A stretch of 64,000 nt of DNA, taken from NCBI GenBank assembly GCA_002633005.1, contig NMRA01000025.1, positions 1,281,160 to 1,345,159 of the forward strand. The letters are read 5' to 3'. The DNA is from Phoronis australis. Its lineage: Eukaryota > Animalia > Phoronida. The notes under the pieces are model-generated. The model searched no databases, had not been told where the DNA came from, and saw nothing but the letters and a program-made list of their open reading frames with translations. A program made the translations under genes and the position numbers. Shown here piece after piece: positions 37,773 through 51,536 of this stretch. Position 1 is the stretch's first letter; each line of letters opens with the position of its first letter.

Positions 37773-38008
37773 GAGGACGAGGCTGGTCACTAAGCGGCAG
37801 ACAGCAGTTGCGGCCGAAGTACTGTCTTCTGACTAGCGCCACTAACGTCCTCTCCCCAAATTACACAGCGATCACACCGCTGGGGTCGTGAGGCAAACGA
37901 CATTGGTTGGTTGAAAGTTGCGCAACAGGCGGCTCACCATGTCCGGCTGTGCGTTTAGGGTGGTGTCTCAAGATGCAGCCACTCGGTCACGGCTCCCGCT
38001 GTCTGTTG
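37773..38008 (+). ncRNA. GC-rich, stem-rich island; candidate structured RNA of unknown class
   Basis: Nested stems GAGGACG/CGTCCTC, GCTGGTC/GACTAGC and AGACAG/CTGTCT. Hairpins CAGCG/CGCTG and GTCGT/ACGAC. Stem CAACAGGCGGC/GCTGTCTGTTG with G-U pairs. Confidence 0.25.
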
Positions 38009-39441
38009 GGTTCATTGAAATGTCATGCGTGGTAACGCGCCGTCTCGCCTATTTGCGAACGGAAGGATGTTCAAGGTGTGGTCTAGACTGGCGGAATAGC
38101 TAAATGATACATTGTTTATTGTCGTTCATTTGTGCCAGACGGAAGATATCAGAACATATTAAAATGATCAATTTGTCGACAATTGATTAATTAATATTAT
38201 ATTAAGTCATCAATCTATTTAAGTCGGTCCTCAATATTCATATTTAAAGGGATGTCTCCTCAACAGCTGAAACGCAGATTTCAAACCTTGCGTGAAGATT
38301 ACTCGACCGCAATCTATAGCTATATATATACACACACACATTACATACATTCCTACACATGTACAAGCATGCATACATTAACATGTACTTACATAGATAC
38401 ATACTTATACATATATTTGTCATAATATATACTTATACTGCCACATCCTATCGAGAATTCATTTCGTCTAGCCGGAATGTACCACTTCCAAGCAATTTCA
38501 GGTGGTCGTGGTCGCTTTATTCGTTTTAATAGTAAAGCTAACAAGGAACACATTGACAGACTTTATAAGTCCATTTCATCATCTTCATGTTTGCCCTTTT
38601 TAGAATTGATTAAAATCGACACTTCACCTGAGACAAAAAAATCTACGACTACTAATGTCGGAGAATTGAATCGGAGTCACAGAAAATCCTGATAACGCCA
38701 ATGACCCCAACCTGTTTGAGAAAAAAAACAAAACTTTGTGAAATCTTGCCTAGTTTCAATCTCCTATAAACATTTCAAAGCCAATCAAAGACATTAAATA
38801 CAAGTAACACCAAGAGTTTAAATGAGTGGGGTGAACTGTAACCGTGCTCGACGTCACGTAATGTGACAGAGACAAACCGAGGAACCATCGACTAGCGAAG
38901 CTGTGATTACATGATTGCATGACATCACGTCTATCGGAAACGGATCAATCACGCCCATTATAGACGATATTCCAAATAAAATGAATGCTTACTGGGTGTG
39001 ACCAATAAGTAGGTGAACGTGTCGTCCTTATGTTTGCAAATCATGAAATAAATTACGATCAAAGGAAGGGGTAAACTAACCGGTCATTGACTTCACATTT
39101 TGTCAGTTTAATGGGTCATTTCCGTAACTGCTATGACAGGCGCAGACTGTGATTCACACAAAACTTCTATCCGCACAAGCGTTTTAACGTTTTATCCAGA
39201 ACGTTGTAAGTGAAGAGTTTGCTGCGGCGGCGTAGCCCGACACTCGCTAGCACACCAATACCTCATTCGACAATGTACTTCATTTGCGCTAACTGCGAAA
39301 TGTTCCCAAAGCTTAATTTACAGCAAAACAACAAAAGTGGAGGAGAGACACGAAAGGTGTAGATAATGAAAATATGAAATATATACAAAAACACACTGTA
39401 ATGTTGGGTGAACTGACCGTAAATTACGTAAAAAATAATGA

Positions 39442-39685
39442 CATGGGGCCTGTTCCAAGAAACTGACTTAAGTTCATTTTTGACTTAAGTCTAAGCTTTG
39501 TCTTAACTGCCATACTTTGAAACTTCCACTTCCGGTAAGGTAGTTAAAATTAAGACAAAAATTTTATCAAAAATTTAAGATCTCTTTCTTGAAACGGTCT
39601 CGAGACAAATTTAAGTTTTATCTTAAAATTAACTAAAATTTAAGATTTGTCTTAGCTAAGCCAGTTTTGTTGGAACGGGCCCATG
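39442..39685. mobile_element. MITE with ~30-bp imperfect TIRs (possibly PIF/Harbinger-like)
   Basis: CATGGGGCCTGTTCCAAGAAACTGACTTA ... TAAGCCAGTTTTGTTGGAACGGGCCCATG. Confidence 0.65.
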
Positions 39686-40741
39686 AGCAATAACTTATAA
39701 GAGACAAAGTACACGTAGCACTAAAACCACTGAGCGAACATAAACATGAATACAACATACATATATATGTATGTTGTATATGTATACACAACATACATAC
39801 TATGTACATGTATATGTATACATGTATAAATTAATGAATATATGAGAATATATATAAGTGAATATACATGATTACGAGTTACGGGAGAGAGGGTTTGTTG
39901 AGACTGATAACGTCACTTGCCTCGATTTTAGGTAACGACTGTCAGCAAACGGCGAGAATAGGAGATATAGAATAAAATCACAAAAGCACTTGGGATTTTG
40001 TTGTTGTGTAGCTCTGATCAAAGACAATAGCTTCAAAACGTCTAATCTAACCAACACTAAACCCAAACACGCGTTATTCGGCTGTGAGCCGGTTATTCTC
40101 TCTTATGTTTTATTTTTTTAATCTGTCGATTGAAAGCTTCAATGTGTTTAAAACCACCAATTGTCTTGTTTGGACAAGTCTAGCATCATTAAACCTTCCG
40201 TTATAGCACTGCATATCACTGTCGTGAATTCAGTGCCCAAAAACGAAAAAAAAGAAGAGCAGCAAATTCGAATTCAAAGTTTCTTAGTTCCACTGACATG
40301 AATGTGACGTATGGTCGTACCCAGTGCCAGTGTGCCATGTCCACCAAAGTTTTTCGTACAAACTTTTGCCATATCTAATCCGCGCTTCTCCGATATTCCT
40401 CGTAGACTAAGTAAGAAGAGCTACAGCACGGTCAAAGCTAAGTTGTCACAACCGCCACAAACGCAATACCTCACCATTCCTTATTATACATAAATCATGA
40501 GAAAACGAGCTGCAATATCTGGCGACTTTTCACACTAAACACATTGGAGGTTGACTAGATTGTGATTGGTTGTCTCAGTTTTGCATATTACAAATTGGTC
40601 AATAAATGCTCGTGACTCAATATCAGCTAATTATCGCAGCTAGTGTTAGCGAGTTTTTTAATTTTACCCCTGATCGACTGGTGGGCTTGTTTTACTATAA
40701 TGGTGGTTTTGATATGAAATTGATGGTTTTAAGCATTTTAA

Positions 40742-41315
40742 GAGGGTTCGACACAGTTTGTTGAAAATTCGTAAAGTAGTCGTTGTTTTATGTCATTGAC
40801 CAACTTGTACATTGCTTATTTCTAATAACGTCTCATTGAATTTTAAAAAAATGTTGATTTGCCGGTTTAGTTTTTGCTAACTGTAGCGCGCAACCCCCCT
40901 GCTTTTTCATATTTCATAGAAAACGAGATGGTTATCAAAAGAAAAAACATGTAATTTTTCGTGTAAAAAACAAAACGCATATATTCAAGGCAATCAAGAT
41001 CTAGAAAGAAAAGTTCACATGTGCCGGCGTAAGAAAATCGGTAAACAGGAAAATGTAATTAAAGCCAGTAAAACATAAAACTGGCATTTTACAAAAAAAT
41101 CAATTCAATGTCAAAGGGATATCAATCATTAGTTTAATTAAAGGTGGCTTCTAAAAAAACCCACGTAAATTTTACATTTTTGCCTGATGTTCCTTCGCCT
41201 AGGCAATTGTAATGGAAAAACTGATTCGGTGACTACTACGTTTTTGCAGATTTGTAGCAGACATAGATCAAAATACAAAATATGAAAACTTAAAGAAATG
41301 ATGTGTCGAACTCCC
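40742..41315. mobile_element. TTAA-associated MITE (Kolobok-like RR...YY ends)
   Basis: TTAA|GAGGGTTCGACACA ... TGTGTCGAACTCCC|GTAA. Confidence 0.55.
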
Positions 41316-42248
41316 GTAAAACGTTTTAAAACTTAAACACATTAGACGTAGTTTTAGCTAGAACGTTAATTAAACGTTTTAAATTCGTAGTGTGAAAGCA
41401 ACGCGTTTTAGTTGGAACGCTGCATAAGCATCCTACTACTTTTTCCATTAAAAAAGAAAGAGCGCACACACACACGTGTCGAAAGTTGTCGCTTCACGCA
41501 AATATATACTCGTTTTTTACATTTCGTGCGACAGTCGGCAAATGCCGATGTTCAACTCCATGAAAACTTTGTGAGCGATACCAAGTTTGTTGTGTGACTA
41601 GAACGAATTTTTAAAAGGTTTTATATTCATACTCGTGCTAATCCAACCTGAAAAACCAATAAAATCAGTTCGTGACGTCATTCAGTTTATCCTGAATTTC
41701 ACACGTTTTATTTGAATAGGGCTTAGGAATTCTTTTCAAAACAATATGTAGGTGATGGTAGAGTACCAACCAAATGGTAACTCCCGGTGGTAATATCTAT
41801 CGGTTATCCACACGAGAGTGACAATACATGAGAGGGTAATGGTCACCCTTAAATGATGGCCTGGGAGGGCAAATTACTTACCGCAGAGGATGCCAGAGAA
41901 GGTAAAATGGGCATCGGCAAAATCAAAATAAATTTTGAAAAGCTTGTTTCCGAAATTGACTCTTCAAGATATTGGCAAGATACTGAATGTCCCCTCGTAG
42001 TATAACAAGTTTATTTGCTTTTTGATTTCCTTTAGTAACTTCAAAAGAATTTCACAATATGTTTCATAGTTCAAAATTTACACACAGCGGAACACCCACG
42101 AGTAGTCCAAGCCCATTCCGGGATTCTTAACACATTTAAATCAGCTCTGCCCATGAGATTGATTCAAATAGCTCGGTACTGAATGTGGCTGTCACTAAAG
42201 CCGTATTGCACTGCGTTGACTTAACGACCTGTTCGCACGCGTTGTTAA

Positions 42249-43261
42249 CCCTTATTACATGGTTAGAGGATGTTATAAGGATCCAAGAAGTACCTACCCC
42301 ATAACTAATACACAATCCGTACTCGAAAAAAGTTTAAATGAACGCGCCACTCACGATTCGCACCCGAAGAACCACCGCTTTTTTGAACTTGTCGCGAACC
42401 CGGAAGTACAATTCATTCAGGAACCCAGGCCGAGAAAACGCCGTCAGTGCGACCGGAGCAGTGCCAGCAAACGGGGATAAAATAATCGACAGCGCGCCTT
42501 AATTTTAATAGAATGAAAATACGGACAATTTTATCGAATTTGCTGAAGAAATGTGGCGAATAGTAAATTTTGANCCTCTAGTTGTTGTAGATTTTCCGAA
42601 TAGCCCCATTTGAGTAACAGCTGCGAGGCTGAAATTTGGTGAACACTGTTGAATCGTGCAGAATAGTAAGTAAAAATATGTCTAACTAAATTTCACCGTA
42701 ATTTGTTGGCTAAAAACAATTTACACAAAGTTTTAAACTCGTAACTTATCCCGCTGTCCTCCAATATGACCGACAAAGTGACCCAAATTTCGCCACAAAA
42801 CTTGCAATAACTTTACACTGCTTGCCCCGATTTTGATACTTTTTCGATTTTTACTGAGTAGAATGCATTACCTTTCCGATGATAGCAAAGTACTTTTTCA
42901 AAACGAGTAAAAAAAATAAAACCGAAAAAAAAAAATTGGTTCGACCCATATTGGTTCCTAGGTTCGACCGGCCGACGTAAGGAACTAAACAACAATGCTA
43001 TTTTAACATACTAAGTACGCGTAACATTCCAAAAAATCAATGACCACTAACTACAAACTATAAATACACTACATATGCAAACGAATCACGAGGTGTTGCT
43101 AATAAAACAAAATAATGAAAACTTTTCGAGCAAGCGATAGCACATTCAGTTACAAGGAAAAAAATGGCGGCTTTCAGGACAACTTCCTGAACTGATGAGC
43201 CGGAAATGAGGGTACGGAAGTAACCGATGACAGCCGGTAATTATACGCTCACAGAGAAGGG
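42249..43261. mobile_element. piggyBac-like non-autonomous element
   Basis: Starts TTAA|CCCTT. The first ~300 bp are homologous to 62430-62760, which starts at the same TTAA|CCCTT. Tentative right end AAGGG|TCAA. Confidence 0.45.
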
Positions 43262-43524
43262 TCAAATACTGTTAAAAATCGCTTTTGGCAAGAAAGGAGA
43301 AAAGAATATAAAGAAAGGGTGTCGAAAATAAGATTTTATGTAGTAAGTATTTTCGGATACTGTAACCACATGGGCATTTTAAGACGAAGCCTTTATGTTC
43401 GCCTGATTAGGTGAGCTGCTAAACTAACTAATCATTCATTCGTCATCGGGGACCCTTGACATGAACAAGTGTGTATAAATTTACAAAAGGAGCGACAATT
43501 GACTACATCGTCGAAAGCCCTTCC

Positions 43525-43745
43525 GAGAGAGAGAGGGGGGGCTAGAGCCGGGAGAAGGAGAGGGACAGGGATGGAGAGAGGGATGGAGAGAGGAAAGGAG
43601 GGGGGAGGCAAGGAGGAGGTGAGGGGGAGGGGAGAGTTGGAGGGGGGCAGAGATGGAGAGGGGTCGAGGGCGAGGGGGATTGAGGGAGAGAGGAAGAGGG
43701 GGAGAAAAAGAGAGGGACAGGGAGGGAGAGAGGGAGAGAGAGATA
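43525..43745. repeat. Polypurine (GA-rich) low-complexity tract
   Basis: Almost pure G/A run. Confidence 0.9.
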
Positions 43746-44834
43746 GATATATATAATTGATGCTACCCGCCGTCAACTTGCAATTAGTAGTTTCAACATA
43801 TGCTGGTTGTCCTTGTCAGTTTAGTTAGTCAAAGGTTTTCAAAGAAATGTATAGTGTTCCACCTTTAGTGTTGTACTTGGATTGTAAAAGGATCATTCCG
43901 CCTCTGTTGTGTTCATGTCTCAATGACAAATTCAACGTTTACTGTCTCCATGCACTCAGATTATGGTAGTGACGTGATTTGTGGTGGGTATTCAGTTTAA
44001 AGCAGCGCAATGGGGTCAGGATTGCTGTCAATAAATGGGACAATTTCATGGTGATAAAGTGCACGTCAACTTCTCTACGCATTCCAACCACTGTAGGCTT
44101 TAACATGTTGATTTACAAAATTTACGCCACATTGTGTTGGACACGAGGCTTCTACTTCTAGCCACGCGTCTGTCACGTGTCTGCCCTACGCCCTATCTAT
44201 ATTCTTAAGCAGTGTAAATTTTTAAAAATGTATATGGATGTTTTACTCGCCTTGTTTTACTCACGTTCTGTTCTGCTTTGTATTTATTTCATCAATATGT
44301 AGCTTGTATTAAATTGAACTTATCGCGTTTCTGTTCCATACTAAAGTCTACGTAACTAATCTTTTTCGTGTTTTAGGAAATAAAGATTAAAATTGCAGTA
44401 TATTCATACATACAACTTCTAAAAACATATAAAAAGCGACAGTTGATTACATCATCTCTACAGCGCAAATAACAAAAATGACTTAAACTGGATATTGAGA
44501 GGTGGGCAAAGCTGCTCGTGCATGAACAACCACGTCCATGTGACGATAAGCGAGCAACAACACCACATACCTACCAGGACACATGGCGACAGCACTGGTC
44601 ACCCAGGCTCTCCGCTACTGGACCCGGTAGGTCTGCTGACCGAGTGTGTCCGCAACTCGCGTTCTCATTATTGTTCCGCTGAGTACCCATCTGGTACTGT
44701 ATATTATACCGCTGTGTACCCATCTGGTACCTGCAATGCAACCCATTGATATGCAGAGAGCAAAAGGAGAAACGTGCTTGTCGCTGATAAAAGCTTGTCG
44801 TAGACTTCACAGGTGGATGAGTACACGTCCGGAT

Positions 44835-44968
44835 AAATCATAGACTATACATGTATATTGGGTTGAAAATCATAGACTGTACACATGTATATTGGGTTGA
44901 AAATAATAGACTGTACATGTATATTGGGTTGAAAATCATAGACTATACATATATATTGGGTCGAAAAT
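44835..44968. repeat. ~32-bp tandem repeat, 4 copies
   Basis: AAATCATAGACTATACATGTATATTGGGTTGA units. Confidence 0.85.
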
Positions 44969-47900
44969 CTGACAAGATGCATTGCGTACGATCTTGAGTT
45001 CGTTGCGTTCCAGTAGACGAAATAAAACCTTGTGGTAGGGGTTTACTCCACCGAGCAAGTTCTTATTGACAAAATTAAATTAATAAGCACCAAGAAATTC
45101 CTCTTCACAACATTCCACAATTTGCATTTTATATTCTTTAATGTTATCTAACGTGAATAAGCAATCAAAAGTGGCTTATGGAAACACCAATCAAGGCACG
45201 TAACGCTTAGACTACCGATGGACACTGAAAACTTTCAAATACAAGTCCAATTGCGTTGTGGTAATGTTTCCACTAAATTTTTGCTATGAAATAGCTTACC
45301 GGAGCACCGAACGTTGAGAGAGTGATACAGTGTCTGAATCGATCAGATACACTTATGAATAAAGTTTGGCGCCTCAATGGACCGGCGCAATCTAAGAATA
45401 CGGGCGACAGTTTGTTTGCTTTCACAGGTTACATGTCAGCAGTTTCAGTGAAATCTGACCAAACATATGGTCTAAGACCATGGTTCGGGCCTTTGTAGGT
45501 CCCCCAAATGAAGAAAATGGAGGCTGGGTCAGGTTTGGCGGCAGTTTTGTGAACTAAATGGGAAGTGATTACCACGAATAGAATTCAGTAGTTCATTGAA
45601 GTTGTTTTGAGTAAATTGAGTCCAGATTTTGGAAATTTGGCCTCTGCTTTGTCTAATCGGATACGGAAGTGTCGCCACTTTGAGAGAACTTCCTTGTTCA
45701 GTGTTGAATTGTTGGTGCTAATACAGGTATCCTTCAGACAAGTGAAAATTGTCAAAAATCTGGTCGGTAATGATGTATTTTAACCTGAATTTCTGGAAGC
45801 TAGAGTGAAAGAGTATTCGGATTATGCCTCCTCTCTTGCACAGGGTCAGTCGTGAATTTGTTATTTTAGATACAAAAAGGACAAAATTTCACGTTTTTTG
45901 GTCAATTTCCAGCATCTCAATTTTTCCGGTGGACGTAGCTAGGTAACAAGACTTGGCTTTGATTAATTATTTCTTCTTTGAGACACCCCATAGAGTGTAC
46001 TACTTTCTGCCGAATAGCAGCCTTTTTCAGGTGTCTGAGGCAGCTGTGCAAATAAGGGCTTCCATTGACCCCAGCCACTCGAACTGTGGTCTTAGTCCCG
46101 TCGCAGAGAATCTGTTGCTGTAGTAAGCTTGCATAGGACTTCGCAACCGTCACTGATAAGGTAGGCGTGGTCTAACTGAGTTTGCAGCTATCCATTAGCC
46201 GGCGACGTGTCGGATAAAAAACGTTAGCCGAAAACACGTTGGAAGCAATTATTCGCCATTTGGTTGGCAAATTGTAAAGCTTCTACATTCTTAATTAAGA
46301 TTAAATTAAATCACATTTGTGTAAACATGTTTTGTATGTATTACCGCGTATCAATCGTTTCGCTCGTAGCACTTTAATGTCTCAAGTTTCACTTTTGCCA
46401 AAGACATTATACAAAAAGTTTATGAATTTATATCTGCAAAGTTCGTTCCTTGTAAATTATAGGATCATACACCGACAATAGGGTTTGGTAAAGTTGGAAA
46501 AGCCCAAGGAATAAGTCGTGTATGATAAGCGGAGGGATACAAAAAGGTTGGCATTTCACTAGCGATGCATACGGCTTCTTCTGTCCTGTGACTACCCTGT
46601 GACTATACTGGGATTACGGCAAAGTTCAAAGCAAATTTCGATTTCCAAACGTCTAATTCTTCTTCCTATACACAACAAACGATCGTGGTATCGATCCTTA
46701 CTTGTTGGCGCATTGTTAGTATAAAACTGAGGTGTACCTAACTGTGAAAAATAACTATAAAACGAAGTGCTAGTTAGTGCCAACATAAAACAGGTCATAA
46801 TGATTACTGTGTAAGATTGATGTTCAGGATGTGGCTTGTGAATATGTTCAAGATTAAACACTTTACACACATAAAACCTATGGAAATCAACCGTCACATA
46901 CATGTCAACCATATATGATCAGCAAGTTTCGTCACTAAGTCCCGTCCCAGGCCTAGCCTCTTCACTTTAACGTTTAGAAATATACTTTGATTATTTTAAA
47001 CTTTCCTCACAAGGTTACATGCGAATATTACAAGCAATGCTATTATGTATATCTTAGCAGGAGTAGCACTGATTTTACAATAGCAAGTCGATAACCAGTT
47101 TTAGACGAATCGCGGTTCAAAATGGTACGGTAACCTTTTTAAACCTTAAAGCACCCGCCTTTGATTTGAAAAACACGGTTCCAAAACAAAGTCTAACTAT
47201 ATATTCTTATCTCTTTGTTGTCAGAATTTAAAATGTCAATAACTATGAAAACGTTTAAATAAATCAAAATTTAACTGGACAATCATCAGAATTTACCTGG
47301 ACATTGATAAAATAAAACACGCAACTACCATGGCTACCTTTGATTTCATTAAACAATAACGGTTTGTCAGAGTGAGCAAAACTTGAAACTAATGTTGCGG
47401 CAAATCAAAATTTTTGACACAAGATAATGAAATGGGACTTTTTAAAGTACACATAATAATTACAGGAATATTCTGAGAGTTAGCGTAAGTGCGCGACCAT
47501 TTCTGGTTATTTTTGTCGGCGAAAATGTGACTTTTGAGCTCAGATTTTGTTGCAAGCACTAAAACGTTGTAAATAGCAGTTCTTTCGGAAACTATGGTAT
47601 GGTAAGGTGTGTTGCTATTATTTATAACGCAGGCGGTGTGTGAGAACGTGAAATAGCGACCGATACAAGTAACAAGCTCTAAGTGAAAATTGATGACGAG
47701 CACTGACCTTCTGTGATTTTCTTTTGGAGGTCAAAACTTACCACAAAACGCGCTCGCTAGGTTTGCAGGAAACGCACGGACTAATCTACAAAACTTGACT
47801 ACATTGAAGTACCAGCTGTTGCCAACCTTGTCTTCGATAAGACCTTCTTCGTAATACGTGCCTTTAGGAGTTCTTATTGTCCTGCAAACTAGCTCGGAAG

Positions 47901-49962
47901 ACTTCTCCTCTAACAAATTGTTCATCACAATAGAGCGCCTGATCACCTCAAGAAACCTCTGACCAGATCGCCTGCCAGAGCAAATCTTCGGCTAAAACAT
48001 AGGGTGAACAGACCCTTAGTTCTGGAATGCTCCAATTTAATTTTTCTGACTGCGACACCTGATCACGCAGTCATAAGGTTCTGTTGCCAAACACGTATGC
48101 CATTGAGAAATTTGCAGGTGATGAAATAAACCAGACTATGACGTCAGTCGAATCTAATTTCAGACAAAATGGTGTAACGACGTTTCAACGCAGACCACGA
48201 GAAAACACAATCATTGCTGTATGTTTACAAACAGATTCATTGTGTTATTGTAGACGAACGTTAAAATAGGCTTTGCCTATTTGCATTTCAATTACTTGTG
48301 GTATTTATGTGCAGTAGTTTAGGTGTTTACATTTACAATCGATCCCGTATGATGTGAATTTTTGCCTTTGTTTTTACTCCCGGAAGTGAACCTTTAATCA
48401 TTTTACCAACACATGCGTGGCCGTTCTTTATTCGAACTTTGAGGTTTTATTCCAGCCAACAGGTATATTGTATGTTTGCTGAACTGTCCAGAAATAGGAC
48501 CCAAACATCTGATATGAATTTCATAAACATTATGACACTATTGATAAATTTTATTTCCTTAAATAATGCAAGCATCGTCATTGAAAACCGAAAAAAGAAC
48601 CAAAATGACACACGTGACGTGTATCACATTCGGACAACACAGGAAGTCCTTAGATTCGATTCACGTTCGAGAGCCACACCTCCGACACACACGGCTCTGA
48701 TGAACAGGACTCAAGTAATTTATAAAGTAATCTAATGGCAGGATGACGCTGAATTAGCTCTTTGCCAGCACATTTTGATATTTAAAAAATCACCCACTTT
48801 TTGTTTTGTTTCAAAAGCCAACCCTTTCTTTGAAAAGTTAGGACTATATCCCAACATTTCATCGACCGAATTGAGATAGATAATAGTCAGCTGTAGCGAC
48901 GGATAGAGTAACTTTTCAGAACTTATGAGAAAATGGAAATAACGAGCAGGCTGGGGCCCGCCTCTTAGCTACAGGGACTCCTACGTTGTGGCGACCACGG
49001 TGGGGCGAAAACATGTAACGATGTTTAGAGGTAACGATCTTTAGGGGTAACACTGAAAATGAATGAATGAAGAATTTTAGGGCTTGGATTTTAATATAAA
49101 GTTATTTTAACTGAAGCATATGTATGTATTATCTGGAAATGGGAGATTGTCCTTTGCAGTACTGCAAACATAAGCACGGAAACAATATGCTTAGGCCTAC
49201 TATAAAAGCAAATGCGCCATTCGCGTCGTCATGGAGTTTCTGGCATCGTAACTTCAGATTATTTTGTAATTAAGACAAAAACTGTTCTGTGAAATAAACT
49301 ATGCCCTGTTTCTCATGAAGCTTTGTTTTTGTTTGACACTCGCTGACACTTCGTTTTGGACAACTCTACAAACCGTAACATTATTGTGGCTCCGGAAGTA
49401 GGTCCATGGGCCTATATCCGGAGACTTTATCAAATATTTTGGAATCTGCTTGTCGAGAAAATGAACAAGATTGTGACCTTTGTCACGATTACAGTGGGTA
49501 TCAAATGCCTGAAGACCAGAAAATATTCAGACTAGTTGCCAATTGCACTAGACTTCATGGGAGCGAATATCCGTTATATTTTAACAGACAGTTCTCAGAC
49601 CACAAACGCGTTATTTGGATGAAAATGTAAACAAAAGAATTTCACAACGTGCGAAATTTGTCAAGGCCGCGATTTCGTTATGACAGGTAAGTTCCATCAC
49701 TGATTCACAGGAAGTAAAATCGTGCTCACTCTCACGTTTAACTATTTCTACAGATAAACCGGTTAGAATTGGTTCGTTTTTTTGTTTACATTGTTTTTGT
49801 GTATCGTATACTATTTCTGAAGTGAATCACAAAACAGTGAGGCTACCAGTGCAATCGTGTTTACGAAATAAAAGCAGAGCGGCGTCTTTACACCAATTTT
49901 ACCAAACATTACTTTACAGTCCTGTTTTTCCTTTTGTAAATTCTAAATAGAGACAGTATCTC

Positions 49963-50080
49963 AGGGGGATGGATGAAGGAAGGAGAGGACGGAGGAGGCA
50001 GAGAGGACGGAGGAGGCAGAGGGGAGGGAGGGTGGCAGGGGGGAGGGAGGCAAAGAGGGAGGGAGAGAGGGGGAGAGGGT
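49963..50080. repeat. Polypurine (GA-rich) tract
   Basis: GGAGGAGGCAGAG-type low complexity. Confidence 0.85.
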
Positions 50081-51099
50081 CTTGCCAGCTCTTTCATGAG
50101 TGGTGGACTGAGACACTCTTTTGACTTGATACTTGAAGATGTTCGAGATCATCTGTTCGGCGATGAAATTCATTTTCTATTACTGAAAAAGCGTTTGTGA
50201 CATGATGAATTGCAATTTCATGATTTGCAAATTAGGCAGGGAATTTAAAGAAAACGTCCCTTTAATACCCGTTTTCATTGAGATTTTTTGGTCCTTTTTT
50301 CGTTGAATTTTATTTAATTTCAAATGACGTAACAAAGTCCATGTTGCTTCTATCAAGGAAATGCCTTTAGCGATTTTACAATTGGATAAAAGCGGCCAAC
50401 AAAGCTTTTAAACGGCTTCTTCGCAAGTGACATGTGCATGGTCGAAGGGTCCCTGTTGTCCTGTGTGATGGTAAACGCTTTAGCGCAACGTTGATATCCC
50501 ATAAAAGCCGGTCCGTTTCGTCTCCAAGGCAATTCTGCCTCTTTGCATGAGAATTTAATGAAATGGGTACCACTTATTGTAATAACGATGATTCTCTTGA
50601 CTGTTTGAAAACACCATTTTGTTCAATACCTGCCCTGAAACACATCTGTTGCAGAAAAAGCGACGGTGATTGTAGCTGTAGCGAGCAGCTCAGTAATCCA
50701 TGAGATCAGTTACATTAAAAACCGTATTTCAGGATGGAAAAACAACACTTTGACCATTGGCCAGGAGTGTAGAATTTATGGAATTCGTTCTTAAACCTAT
50801 GTTTGTAAAACCGACTCACATGGCGAAATGAAATTTTTCACTTCTAATGCTATTTCATTTTTCTTCAATCACGTTTTTGTGAACCACTGTAATCGCAAAC
50901 CGACTAGGTGTAAGCGAACACACGTGTCGCAAACTCGTGAGTTGTAATCGAAGTTGGCAGAATTCCTGTATATTGGCATCATGCCACTACTTGCGTCAAT
51001 GTTTACAAACAATGGAGCATACTTGAATGAAAGTAATCGTAACATTAATACCCCTCGTGTTTCTGAGTGTAACTCAACTAAATCGAGAGGTGTGTCGTA

Positions 51100-51410
51100 A
51101 ACAAACACTGCCATTGGCTGATTATTTGTTGAAATTAATTTCGCGCTACAGTTGAATTATGCGGTAGTCGAGAGGTGTGTCATTTTCCGCGTTTTCGATT
51201 GGTTGGAAGTGCGTCAAACCCACTTTCATCATCTCGCCACCAGTCGGCGGTTTCCGCAGTTAAACGATTTTTAAGTAATCAATTGGCGCAAAACACGCTT
51301 TCGGCCGATTGGAAACGTGACATAACGTGAATTTCGCGATATCGTGGCTGGCGGATGGCAAAAGAGCGTGTCACGTACCTATAAAAGTCAACCAGAGCTT
51401 CGAGTTCACC
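51100..51410 (+). promoter_or_regulatory. Core and proximal promoter of the EGF-like peptide gene
   Basis: TATAAAAG at 51380-51387, ~150 nt upstream of the ATG. Several ATTGG (reverse CCAAT) boxes at ~51113, 51198, 51282, 51308. ACGTGACA/TGTCACGT elements at ~51315 and ~51369. Confidence 0.6.
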
Positions 51411-51536
51411 ACAGAACTTATTCCAAGCGATCATCAGCAAACGAGAAAGAGAGAAAGAATTTCACGTGCGTCAGCATCATAGCAACGATTTGTGTGAAGA
51501 TTGTGAGAAGAAACACTATCTTTGAAAAAAATCAGC

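Noticed and set aside
37781-37800. Twister ribozyme or telomerase RNA in the structured island
   Set aside because: CTGGTCACTAAGCGGCAG only loosely resembles the twister P4 loop and the element order is wrong. No 1.5-repeat CCCTAA template is present.
43432-43776. Pro/Ser-rich and Gly/Glu/Arg-rich ORFs (also 49909-50200)
   Set aside because: Translations of polypurine low-complexity tracts.
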